Part shown: positions 1 to 9,162 of the stretch, piece by piece
Layout: the number at the start of each line of letters is the position of its first letter
Numbering within the stretch: position 1 is the first letter of the stretch
Source of the DNA: an uncultured Chloroflexia bacterium
GTDB taxonomy: Bacteria > Chloroflexota > Limnocylindria > Limnocylindrales > CSP1-4
Assembly: GCA_963841545.1 (NCBI GenBank)
Contig: CAWJDE010000002.1
Coordinates: forward strand, 122,875 to 186,874
DNA length: 64,000 nucleotides
Reading direction: 5' to 3'
Program-made: the position numbers and the translations under genes
The notes under the pieces: generated by a model
Told to the model about the DNA's origin: nothing
Seen by the model: only the letters and a program-made list of their open reading frames with translations
The model's database searches: none

Positions 1-130
1 AGCGACTCTCGGCCTCGCATGCCGCCGGGAGCTGGTCCGGCTCGCCCATCCCACGAGCTGCTGAACCGTCCCCGCAAGGTGGACCGTCCAGCGGGCGTAG
101 CCATCATGCGGATCGACCCAGAGGAGCTTC

Positions 131-1297
131 GTGAACGTACGCACGGCCTTCGTCTCCACGTACCCGCCCCGCCGATGCGGCATCGCGACGTTCACGCATG
201 ACCTGGCGAGCGCGACGGGCAATCGCGAGATCGTCGCTCTGCACCCTCCGGAGCAGCCGTCCCCGTATCCGATCGAGGTCCACCATCGCATCCGGCGCGA
301 TGAGCCCGCCGACTACCGGCAGACCGCCCGGTCCCTCGACGACTGCGTCGATGTGGTCTCGGTCCAGCACGAATTCGGGATCTGGGGCGGCACCGACGGC
401 GCAAACGTCCTCGACTTCGTGCGTGCGCTTCGGCTCCCATCGATCGCCACGCTCCACACCGTGCTGCGGAACCCCACCGCCGGTCAGCGAGCCATCCTCT
501 CGGAGCTCGTCGACCTCGTCGATGCCACCGTTGTCATGTCGCGGTCCGCGGCGGCGCTGCTCGCCACTGCCTACGGCGTCGACCCCCACCGCCTGGAGAT
601 CATTCCGCACGGGGTGCCGGACCTGCCGCTCGTCGATCCCGAGACCGTCAAGGCGGGCCTCGGCCTCGACGGCCGGGACGTCATCCTGAGCTTCGGCCTG
701 CTCGGGCCGGGCAAGGGTTACGAGCTGGCGCTCGACGCGCTCCCGGATGTCGTTGCCCAGCACCCGGCGGCGTGCTACGTCATCGTCGGTGCGACCCACC
801 CCGATCTCCTGCGCACCGAGGGAGAGGCCTACCGGAGCCGCCTGACAGAGCAGGTCCGGCGGCTGGGGATGGATGGGCACGTCCAGTTCGTCGATCGCTT
901 TGTCGGGCGCGTCGAGCTGACCCGGTGGCTGGAGGCAGCCGACGTGTTCGTGACGCCCTATCCCTCGCTCGAACAGATCGTGTCCGGGACGCTGTCGTAT
1001 GCGATGGGCGCAGGCCGGGCCATCATCTCGACGCCGTACACGTACGCGACCGAGCTGCTGGCGGACGGACGCGGCCTCCTCGTGCCGCCCGGGTCCGCGC
1101 CTGCGCTGGCGAGTGCGCTCAACGACGTGCTCGGCGATCACGAGCTGCGCGCCGCCCTCGGACGACGGGCCCATGCCTACAGCCGCGGGATGGTCTGGTC
1201 GGCCGTGGGCGCCGAGTACCGCAGGGTGCTCGGCCGCGTGACGACGACGGTGCCGCTGACCCAGCTTGCCGGGTCGCTTGCGGCCGTCAATGCCTGA
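131..1297 (+). CDS. GT4-family (group 1) glycosyltransferase
   Basis: 388-aa ORF with GTG start. GT-B/GT4-like sequence (N-terminal FVSTYPPRRCGIATF, C-terminal EQIVSGTLSYAMGAGRAIISTPYTYATELL). The 3' end overlaps the next start (ATGCCTGA). Confidence 0.8.
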   Translation: MNVRTAFVSTYPPRRCGIATFTHDLASATGNREIVALHPPEQPSPYPIEVHHRIRRDEPADYRQTARSLDDCVDVVSVQHEFGIWGGTDGANVLDFVRALRLPSIATLHTVLRNPTAGQRAILSELVDLVDATVVMSRSAAALLATAYGVDPHRLEIIPHGVPDLPLVDPETVKAGLGLDGRDVILSFGLLGPGKGYELALDALPDVVAQHPAACYVIVGATHPDLLRTEGEAYRSRLTEQVRRLGMDGHVQFVDRFVGRVELTRWLEAADVFVTPYPSLEQIVSGTLSYAMGAGRAIISTPYTYATELLADGRGLLVPPGSAPALASALNDVLGDHELRAALGRRAHAYSRGMVWSAVGAEYRRVLGRVTTTVPLTQLAGSLAAVNA

Positions 1298-2387
1298 CCG
1301 GGCACCGCTGTACCCCGTCAACCGCGAGCACCTCGACGTCCTGACCGACGGCGTCGGGATCATGCAGCACGCGACCGGGCGACGCCCGGATCCAGCGTTC
1401 GGGTACTGCACCGACGACGTCGCACGGGCGCTGCGGGTCGATCTGCTCCATCAGCGCGAGCTGGGCTGGTCCGAGGTTGCCGCCGCGGCCTGGCGCAGCG
1501 TTCGCTTCCTCGAGGATGCCTTTGATCCGGCGACGGGGCGGTTCCGGAACTTCCGTCTGGTCGACGGCTCCTGGAATCAGGAACGGGGCTCCGAAGACTG
1601 CCACGGCCGCGCCATGCTGGCGCTCGGGGAGACGATGGCACGAGCGCCTGACGAGCGCCTGGCGGAGTCGGCCGCACGACTGTTCGCCCAGGCCCTGCCG
1701 GCCGCTCGGGACCTGGGCGCCATCCGTGCCCAGGCGTCGGTCCTCCTGGGCTGTGATGCCGCGATGGGGGCTGCGCCGAACGGGCCAACGATGCTCGCGT
1801 ACCGGCTCATCGCGGGCCGCCTCAGGTCGGCCTTCGGGTCGCGCCCGGACCGCGTCTGGCCATGGCCCGAACCACGCCTGACGTACGAGAACGCCCTGCC
1901 GGCGCAGGCGCTGATCGTTGCCGGCCGCCATCTGGGCTCGCGGCCGATGCTGGACCTCGGGCTCGACGTCCTCGAATGGCTCATCGATGCCCAGACGGGC
2001 CCCTCGGGGAGCCTGTCCCCGATCGGCAACGGGTGGTGGACGCGGGGCGGCGAGAGGTCCCGGTTCGACCAGCAACCGATCGAGGCAACGGCGCTGCTGC
2101 TCGCGGCCGCGTCGGCGCGATCGGCGACGAACGAAGAGCGCTACGGGACCGCCATGGAGCGCGCCTACGCCTGGTTCCTGGGCGAGAACGATCTCGGCGT
2201 CCCGGTCGCCGAGCCGGAACGCGGCGCGAGCTTCGACGGGCTCACCCCAGGCGGTGTCAACGCGAACCAGGGCGCGGAATCGACGCTGATGTGGCTGCTC
2301 GCGCTCGAGCACATCCGGGTGTTGCGGACCGGACCGGTGACCGCAGGAGCGTCGGAGGACGGCGCCGTGGCGATCTCGGTCCGATGA
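1290..2387 (+). CDS. Conserved hypothetical protein, possibly (alpha/alpha)-toroid glycosidase-like
   Basis: In-frame ATG at 1290 overlaps the upstream stop, and the stop overlaps the GH130 start (ATGA). Composition is protein-like (YENALPAQALIVAG, IGNGWWTRGG, GVNANQGAESTLMWL). The fold guess comes only from sequence character. Confidence 0.6.
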   Translation: MPDRAPLYPVNREHLDVLTDGVGIMQHATGRRPDPAFGYCTDDVARALRVDLLHQRELGWSEVAAAAWRSVRFLEDAFDPATGRFRNFRLVDGSWNQERGSEDCHGRAMLALGETMARAPDERLAESAARLFAQALPAARDLGAIRAQASVLLGCDAAMGAAPNGPTMLAYRLIAGRLRSAFGSRPDRVWPWPEPRLTYENALPAQALIVAGRHLGSRPMLDLGLDVLEWLIDAQTGPSGSLSPIGNGWWTRGGERSRFDQQPIEATALLLAAASARSATNEERYGTAMERAYAWFLGENDLGVPVAEPERGASFDGLTPGGVNANQGAESTLMWLLALEHIRVLRTGPVTAGASEDGAVAISVR

Positions 2388-3352
2388 CCAGGCTCCAGGA
2401 CGCGATGCTCTTCGAGCGGTCCGAGGCCAACCCGATCCTGACCGCGGCGGACGTCCCCTATCCCGCCAACTCGGTGTTCAATCCCGGGGCCGCCCGGGTC
2501 GGCGACGAGACGGTGCTGCTGGTCCGCGTCGAGGACCTGCGCGGCATCTCCCAGCTCCACGTCGCTCGCAGCCGCGACGGGATCACGGACTGGCGCTTCG
2601 ACGCCGAGCCCCTGCTGCGCTCCGACGTGGATCACTACCCGGAGGAGATCTGGGGGTGCGAGGATCCACGGCTCACCTGGCTACCCGAACGCGAGCAGTG
2701 GGCCATCGCCTACACGGCGTTCAGCCGACGCGGCCCGCTCGTGTCGATGGCGATGACCCGCGACTTCCGTACGGTCCACCGGCTTGGCCCGATGATGCCG
2801 CCGGAGGACAAGGACGCCGCCCTGTTCCCGCGCCGGTTCGACGGCCGCTGGGCGATGATCCATCGCCCGTCGCCGCTGCGGACCGGAGCGCACATGTGGA
2901 TCTCCTTCTCGCCCGACCTGCGCCACTGGGGCGACCACAAGCTGCTGCTCGAGGCACGCGACGGTGCCTGGTGGGATGCGGGCAAGATCGGGCTCGGTCC
3001 GCCGCCGCTCGAGACCGCCGCGGGGTGGCTCGTGCTCTATCACGGGGTCCATTCGACGTCGGACGGGCCGATCTACCGGGCGGGTCTCGCGCTGCTCGAC
3101 CTCGAGAACCCTGCGACGGTCCTGCGCCGGACGGACGAGTGGATCTTCGGGCCGATCGCGCCGTACGAGATGATCGGCGACGTGGGGCGGGTCGTGTTCC
3201 CGTGCGGCTGGGTGGTCGACGAGGATGCGGATCGTCTCAGCATCTATTACGGCGCCGCCGACAGCGTGGTCGGGCTGGCGACCGCCCGCATGAGCGACGT
3301 GCTCGCGCGCGTCCTGGCCTCGCCTGAACCCGGTGGTGGCAGCGTCCGATGA
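2384..3352 (+). CDS. GH130-family glycosidase / beta-mannoside phosphorylase-like protein
   Basis: Start MTRLQDAMLFERS at an ATGA overlap. GH130-like blocks NSVFNPGAARVGDETVLLVRVED, GCEDPRLTW, DKDAALFPRR, GWLVLYHGV, YYGAADS. Confidence 0.85.
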   Translation: MTRLQDAMLFERSEANPILTAADVPYPANSVFNPGAARVGDETVLLVRVEDLRGISQLHVARSRDGITDWRFDAEPLLRSDVDHYPEEIWGCEDPRLTWLPEREQWAIAYTAFSRRGPLVSMAMTRDFRTVHRLGPMMPPEDKDAALFPRRFDGRWAMIHRPSPLRTGAHMWISFSPDLRHWGDHKLLLEARDGAWWDAGKIGLGPPPLETAAGWLVLYHGVHSTSDGPIYRAGLALLDLENPATVLRRTDEWIFGPIAPYEMIGDVGRVVFPCGWVVDEDADRLSIYYGAADSVVGLATARMSDVLARVLASPEPGGGSVR

Positions 3353-3478
3353 GCCGGAAGGAGGCGCGGACCGGAGCGCGTCCCCAGGGAGCTGTCCACT
3401 CCGAAGGCGTGCCTCGACCAGGCCTCCACCTCATCAGGGGCAGCCGCCAACCACCTGCAGGCTCGGCCCGCCGACGCC

Positions 3479-3988
3479 TTACGTCGCCGGCCCTTCCTCA
3501 ACCGGAGCCGGCGACGCGTCCTGAGCCCCGCTGAGCGCCGCGAGCATCGCCTCGATCCGCTCGAGGCGGGCCCGCAGATCGTCGTCCTTCTGGTCCGCCT
3601 CCTCGGCCTCGGCGGCCGCGTGCTCGAGGGTGGCGCGATCCCGGACGGCGGCCTGGTTGCTCGCGAGCAGGATCAGGGGTGCCGCGTACGCCGCCTGGGT
3701 GCTGAACGCCAGATTCAGGAAGATGAATGGATATGGGTCGAAGTTGAACAGCAGGTAGAGGTTCCCGGCCACCCATGCGGCGACGATGACGGTCTGGATG
3801 ACGATGAACCTCCAGGAACCCATGAACCCCGTCACCGCGTTCGCGACGCGCACGCCCAACGGGGCGTTGGTGTGCAACGCGATGTTGACCGGGTGACGCA
3901 GCCGGGTCACGGTGGTGCGGTAGCTCTGCATCGGTTCCTCCACGAGTCGCGTTCGCGACACGGTCACGGGCTCCGAGCGGCCGGTCAT
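3479..3988 (-). CDS. DUF1003-type membrane protein
   Basis: Two TM helices (WRFIVIQTVIVAAWVAGNLYLLF; PYPFIFLNLAFSTQAAYAAPLILLASNQ) followed by a charged coiled tail. Start is uncertain (ATG 3988 chosen; 3931 and 4105 are alternatives). Confidence 0.7.
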   Translation of the reverse strand: MTGRSEPVTVSRTRLVEEPMQSYRTTVTRLRHPVNIALHTNAPLGVRVANAVTGFMGSWRFIVIQTVIVAAWVAGNLYLLFNFDPYPFIFLNLAFSTQAAYAAPLILLASNQAAVRDRATLEHAAAEAEEADQKDDDLRARLERIEAMLAALSGAQDASPAPVEEGPAT

Positions 3989-4203
3989 CTGCCCGGCGCC
4001 GACACGACCGGTCGTGCGCGCGACCCGAGCGCTCGATACGACGACGTGCCGGCCGCGCCGAGCAGGCGCATCGTAGGCATGCCGGCGTGATCGTGCTTCG
4101 CGCACGATCGATAGCCGCGCCGGTCGGGGTGCCCGCGCCCGCAGGGCGAGCGCCGAAGCCCTGAGCCCGCTTTCGCGAGCTGTCCGCCCGGGAGCGGGCC
4201 GCC

Positions 4204-4625
4204 CTATCTGCCGAGCACGACGTGCGTCGCGTGCTCCGTAGCGATGTGCTCCGTGACCTTGAACCCGTGCGCCGGCAGGTCGATCCCGGCGAACAACGCT
4301 TCACCGCGGCCCAGCACCACGGGCGAGATCGCGAGGTGCAGCTCGTCGATGCGGCCGGCCTCGAGGTACTGACGCACCGTCGAGACACCACCGCCGATCT
4401 TGACGTCCAGGGCGCCCGCGGCGGATCTTGCCCGGTCCAGCGCGGCCTCGTCGACATCGTCCGAACCGCCCGCCTCGCCGTTCATCGCACGGAAGGTCCG
4501 CGTGTCCAGGAACCACTCGTGGAGCTCGAGGCCGCGCTTGCCGAGCGGGTCCTGGAGGCCTGCTCCGGGCCTGCGCCAAACCCGTCAACCGACACCGAGA
4601 ACCCGGCGACCCGGACCCTGGTCAT
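4204..4625 (-). pseudogene. Decayed dihydrofolate-reductase-family (RibD C-terminal domain) gene
   Basis: The N-terminus MTRVRVAGFSVSVDGFGAGPEQ is in one frame. The continuation LQDPLGKRGLELHEWFLDTRTFRAMNGEAGG...VKIGGGVSTVRQYLEAGRIDELHLAISPVVLGRGEALF is in another, with the frame change near 4558-4563. The total is only about 140 codons, which seems short for this family. Confidence 0.6.
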
Positions 4626-4742
4626 CGTCTTCTCCTCCCGATCCCGTGCACGCGGCGGAACGCCCGGGGCATCATAGGCGGGCGCTCGGTTCGACCCGGG
4701 ACGACTCGTCCGGGCGTGACCCCCCAGGAGGCCATCGATCCC

Positions 4743-5813
4743 ATGACCACGAGGCTGATGTCGCTCCAGGCGGGCCACGCGGCCCGCAGCGACACCGGAC
4801 GTCAGCGAGAGCACAACGAGGACCGCTATCTCGCACGGCCGCCGCTGTTCGCGGTCGCGGACGGCCTGGGCGGGCGCAACGCGGGGGAGGTCGCCGCCCA
4901 GATCGCCGTGGACCACCTCGAGGCCGAGCTGGGAGAGCGGCGGAATGCCGCCGGCCTGCGACGGGCGCTCGAGGCGCTCAACACGCGGATCGCCGACGCG
5001 GCGGGTTCCGGTTCCGAGCTCCGCGGCATGAGCACCACGTGTGTCGTCCTGCTGCTCCACGACGGCCAGGCGGACGTCGCGCACGTCGGCGATTCCAGGG
5101 CATACCTGCTGCGGTCCGGATCGCTCCAACGCCTGACCGAGGATCACACCATGGTCGCGGAGCTCGTGCGGAGCGGGAACCTGGCGGCGACCGATGCGGA
5201 GCTGGACAACCGCCGTCACGTGCTCACGCAGGCCCTCGGCGCCGTGGACCAGGTCCAGGTCGCGACACGGACGCTCGACGTCCAGCATGGCGACCGCTTC
5301 CTCCTCTGCTCGGACGGGCTCAGCGGCCAGGTCGGCGACGAGGAGATCCGGACCGTGCTCGTGGCCAACGGCGACCCCGGGCTGGCGGCTGACGAGCTGG
5401 TCCGGCGCGCGAACGCCGCCGGCGGGATCGACAACGTGACGGTGGTGATCGTCGATCCGGGCGGGGGCGCGTCGGGCCTGGACGACACGCGACGGTACGT
5501 CGCCGACGGAGGGGTCCGGCGACGCGCGTCCAGCCGCCGTTCGTGGGTCCTCCTGGCGACGCTCGCCGTGCTCGTCATCGTCGTGGGCGCGCTGGCGATG
5601 GGCCTCGCGGCGGGCGCCCCGACACCCTCGCCCGCGGCCAGCCCGGTCCGGTCCGGCACCGAATCTCCGGTGCCGTCGAGCACCGCCTCACCGATGGTCG
5701 CGCCGGGCACCGGCCGCCCCGGACAGGCTCCGGGCGACGGATCGGGCGGCCCCGGCTCCAGCCCCGAGACAGGTGTGGATGGCGGGAAGGTGAGCTCAAC
5801 CGCGGCACCCTGA
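4743..5813 (+). CDS. PP2C-family Ser/Thr phosphatase with C-terminal TM helix (PstP-like architecture)
   Basis: Motifs FAVADGLGG, STTCVVLLL, HVGDSRAYL, LLCSDGL, GGIDNVTVVIV. These are followed by a TM helix (WVLLATLAVLVIVVGALAMGLAA) and a Pro/Ser-rich tail. Confidence 0.85.
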   Translation: MTTRLMSLQAGHAARSDTGRQREHNEDRYLARPPLFAVADGLGGRNAGEVAAQIAVDHLEAELGERRNAAGLRRALEALNTRIADAAGSGSELRGMSTTCVVLLLHDGQADVAHVGDSRAYLLRSGSLQRLTEDHTMVAELVRSGNLAATDAELDNRRHVLTQALGAVDQVQVATRTLDVQHGDRFLLCSDGLSGQVGDEEIRTVLVANGDPGLAADELVRRANAAGGIDNVTVVIVDPGGGASGLDDTRRYVADGGVRRRASSRRSWVLLATLAVLVIVVGALAMGLAAGAPTPSPAASPVRSGTESPVPSSTASPMVAPGTGRPGQAPGDGSGGPGSSPETGVDGGKVSSTAAP

Positions 5814-5945
5814 CGCCGCGAGGGGCCTGAGGGCGCGGCACGGCATTCAGCGGGCGCCGTGCGGCGGCCGGCCCCGCCGCCCAAGGCGAATCCGTTCCGG
5901 GAACGGGCACCTCCCGCTTGTCTCGTGCTCCTAAGATGGCCGGCA

Positions 5946-8900
5946 ATGGCGTTCCCAGGTCGTCCCGCGTTCGTCGCGAGGTCCGATGACCTCGCGCGTC
6001 TGCGCGCGGCCCACGCTGAGGCACTGGCATCCCGGACGCGGACGGTGCTGCTCGGCGGTGAGGCCGGGGTCGGCAAGTCCAGGCTGGTCGAGGCGTTCTC
6101 GGCGCAGGCCGTCGAGCAGGGCGGGCTGGCCGCGATCGCCGGCAGCCCTGCCAATCCCGAGGGCGACCTCCCCTTCGCGCTGATCGTGGGCCTGATCCGG
6201 GCCGTCGGTCGCGCCATCGGGCCTGCCGAGGCCGAGACGGTCATCGGGCCCGCGGGACCGGCCCTCCAGATGATGCTGCAGGGCAGCGGGGGGCCGGCCG
6301 GCGGGGCGGCGGTGGGCGGCCGGACCGGACTGTTCGAGGCCGTCCTCGGCATGGTCGAGCGCCTGGCCGAGTCACGGGCGGGTGCCATCCTCGTCCTCGA
6401 GGACCTCCAGTGGGCGGATCGCTCCAGCCGTGAGCTCCTCTCCTATCTTGCGCACAGCCTCCGCGACGTCGGCATCCTGATCATCGGCACCTACCGCTCG
6501 GACGAGCTGCCACCGGGTCATCCGCTCCGCGTCCAGCTGGCCGAGCTCGACCGCAGCAGTCGCGTGGAACGATGGGAGCTGCGCCGGCTCACGCCCGACG
6601 AGGTGCGCCAGCTCCTCGAGTCCGTCCGCGGCGCGGCGGTGCCGGATGCCCTGGCCGCACGGGTCGCGGCGCGGTCAGATGGCAACGCCTACTACGCCGA
6701 GGAGCTCGCCCGTTCGATGGCCGACGGGCAGGACGAGCTGCCGGTCACGCTCCGCGACATCCTTCGGGCCAGGATTGCCGGCCTTCCGCCGGGGGTCGAC
6801 CAGCTGCTTCGGCTGTGCGCCGTCGCCGGACGGCGCTGGGATCAGCGGCTGATCGAGCTCATGGTGGACGCCGGACCGGCCGAGCTCGGTGCCGTGCTGC
6901 GTGACGCCGCCGGCCGGGGCTTGCTCGTGCTCGAGCGGGAGGGCGATCGCGAGCTCGTCGCCTTCCGGCAGACCCTGGTGTGGGAGACGGTGTACGAGGA
7001 CCTCGTGGGCTCGGAGCGGCGGCGGCTCCACGCCGTCATCGCGAACACGCTCGAAGCCCATCGAGAGCTCATCGCCGGTCCGCCCGCGATCGTCGAGGGG
7101 GAGATCGCGCGTCACTGGCTGGGCGCCGGGTTGCCCGTCCCCGCCCGGGCGGCGCTCGTTCGGGCCGGCCGGGCAGCGGAAGCCGCCTTCGCGTTCCCGG
7201 AGGCAGCCCTGGCGTACGACCAGGCGCTGGCGCTGTGGGATGCCGCCGACCAGGTGTCGAACGACGGTGCGCCCGTGGCCCACCAGCTCGGCTTCCAGGC
7301 GGACCGCACCGATCGAGGGAGCGAGCCGGACCACGGCCTGCCGGCAGGACGGGCGACGGTTCCCGACTGGGCCGACGTCGTCCGGCGGGCCGCCGAGGCA
7401 CACAGCCTGTCGGGCAATGCCGGTCGGGCGGTCGAGCTGATCGAGCGCCTGTTTGCCGCATCCGCGACCGGGACGGCGGCAACCGACTGGCTTCGCCTGG
7501 GCCGCTACGTCGGCGAGACGGGGGAACTCGAGCGATCGCTGTCCGCGTACCGACGGGCGTCGGAGCTGGCTGCGGATGACCGGCGGTTGGTCGCGCGGAT
7601 CGCCGCGTCGAGGGCCGGGGCCCTCATCGGCGCGGGGCGGTACCGCGAGGCGCGAATGGCAGCTGAGGAGGCGATCAGCGCCGCGCACGAGGCGGGCTCT
7701 GATTCGATCCTCCAGTCCGGGCGCCAGATGCTCGGCGTGGCGCTGTCCATGGAGGGGGACCTCGACGCCGGCCTCGCGGAGCTGGCCGAGGCGCGGCGCC
7801 TGGCCGCGACGGCCGATCATGCGAGCGTCGTCATGCCCCGTCCGAGCCGGATCCATGATGTCGTCAGGGAGGCCGCCAGCTATGCGCTGGTCATGGAGCG
7901 TGCCGGCCGGCCGACCGAGGTCGCGCTGGCGGCGCGCGAAGGCGTGCACCTGGCACGGCAGTACGGCGTCGAGGACACCCTCGGCGCGCAGCTGGCCCTG
8001 GTTGCCACGCGCCACGCGTTCCTCACCGGCGCCTGGGACGTCGCCGATCGCGACAGCCGGGGGCTCCTCGAGCAGCCTCGAGATCGGGCCACCGACGCCC
8101 GGCTGCAGCTGCTTCGTGCCCAGCTTGCGGTCGGCCGGGGGGCATTCGACGACGCGGCCGCGCACCTCGAGCTCGCGGCGCCCACGATTGCCCGGCTCGC
8201 CGACCCGTCGCTCTCGGCCGAGCTTGCGGCGACCAACGCCGAGCTGGCGATCTGGCGACGTCAGCTGATGCTGGCTCGCCAGACCGTCGAGGACGCGATC
8301 CGGGCCCTCGACCAGGCGGAGGACCGGGTCCCGATCATCACCCTGGCCGCTCTCGGGCTCCGCGCCGAGGCCGACCTCGCGGAGCTTGCCCGTGCCCGTC
8401 GCGCCGTGCCGGAAGCGGCCGAGTCGGCCCGCGTGGGCGCCGCGTTGCGCGCGGAGGTCGTCGCGCTCACCCGGCGGCTGGGCGACCGGACCGTCGCGTC
8501 GCCGCGGGAGCTGCGCGTGATGAGCGCGGTGGCCGAGGCCGAGTGGACGCGACTCGACGGCCGGTCCGATCCCGATGCCTGGGACATCGCGGTGGCGCGG
8601 GCGGTGGACGTCCGCGAGCCCTGGACCGCCGCCTACGCGGGCTGGCGCGCAGCGGAAGCGCGGCTCGCGTCGCGCGACGGGCGCGAGCGCGCGGAACGGG
8701 CCCTCGCGTCCGCGTTCCGCTCCGCGACCGAGCTGGCCGCGACGGCGCTGCTGGACGAGATCGCCGGTCTCGCGCGGCGCGCGCGGATCGACCTCGGTGG
8801 GCGAGACACGGTCGAAGGTGCGCCACCGGCGCCGCCGTCCGCCCGCGACACGCTCGGGCTGAGCGAGCGCGAGCTCGAGGTCCTGGGGCTGGTCGCCGAG

Positions 8901-9065
8901 GGCTACACCAACCGGCGGATCGCCGAGGCGTTGTTCATCACCGAGAAGACGGCCAGTCATCACGTGTCCAACGTGATCGGGAAGCTCGGCGTGAGCACGA
9001 GGGTCGAGGCAGCCGCCCTCGCGCACCGGCTCGGTCTGCTGGACGGCCCGAAGGGAGGGCAGTGA
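5946..9065 (+). CDS. LAL-type regulator (AAA/STAND ATPase + TPR-like repeats + LuxR HTH)
   Basis: Walker A GEAGVGKS and Walker B ILVLEDLQWAD, then a long helical repeat region. C-terminal LuxR HTH: LSERELEVLGLVAEGYTNRRIAEALFITEKTASHHVSNVIGKLGV. Confidence 0.85.
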   Translation: MAFPGRPAFVARSDDLARLRAAHAEALASRTRTVLLGGEAGVGKSRLVEAFSAQAVEQGGLAAIAGSPANPEGDLPFALIVGLIRAVGRAIGPAEAETVIGPAGPALQMMLQGSGGPAGGAAVGGRTGLFEAVLGMVERLAESRAGAILVLEDLQWADRSSRELLSYLAHSLRDVGILIIGTYRSDELPPGHPLRVQLAELDRSSRVERWELRRLTPDEVRQLLESVRGAAVPDALAARVAARSDGNAYYAEELARSMADGQDELPVTLRDILRARIAGLPPGVDQLLRLCAVAGRRWDQRLIELMVDAGPAELGAVLRDAAGRGLLVLEREGDRELVAFRQTLVWETVYEDLVGSERRRLHAVIANTLEAHRELIAGPPAIVEGEIARHWLGAGLPVPARAALVRAGRAAEAAFAFPEAALAYDQALALWDAADQVSNDGAPVAHQLGFQADRTDRGSEPDHGLPAGRATVPDWADVVRRAAEAHSLSGNAGRAVELIERLFAASATGTAATDWLRLGRYVGETGELERSLSAYRRASELAADDRRLVARIAASRAGALIGAGRYREARMAAEEAISAAHEAGSDSILQSGRQMLGVALSMEGDLDAGLAELAEARRLAATADHASVVMPRPSRIHDVVREAASYALVMERAGRPTEVALAAREGVHLARQYGVEDTLGAQLALVATRHAFLTGAWDVADRDSRGLLEQPRDRATDARLQLLRAQLAVGRGAFDDAAAHLELAAPTIARLADPSLSAELAATNAELAIWRRQLMLARQTVEDAIRALDQAEDRVPIITLAALGLRAEADLAELARARRAVPEAAESARVGAALRAEVVALTRRLGDRTVASPRELRVMSAVAEAEWTRLDGRSDPDAWDIAVARAVDVREPWTAAYAGWRAAEARLASRDGRERAERALASAFRSATELAATALLDEIAGLARRARIDLGGRDTVEGAPPAPPSARDTLGLSERELEVLGLVAEGYTNRRIAEALFITEKTASHHVSNVIGKLGVSTRVEAAALAHRLGLLDGPKGGQ

Positions 9066-9162
9066 CCAGCCCAGCGAACCGCTGATCGTCCGCAGCGTCG
9101 GACGGCGGAAGGGGAGGCCCGGGCGGGGGAGGCCACGGGGAGAGAGAGGGAGAGGGAGAGGG

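Noticed and set aside
6675-9026. 783-aa minus-strand ORF
   Set aside because: It is the antisense shadow of the LAL regulator 5946..9065.
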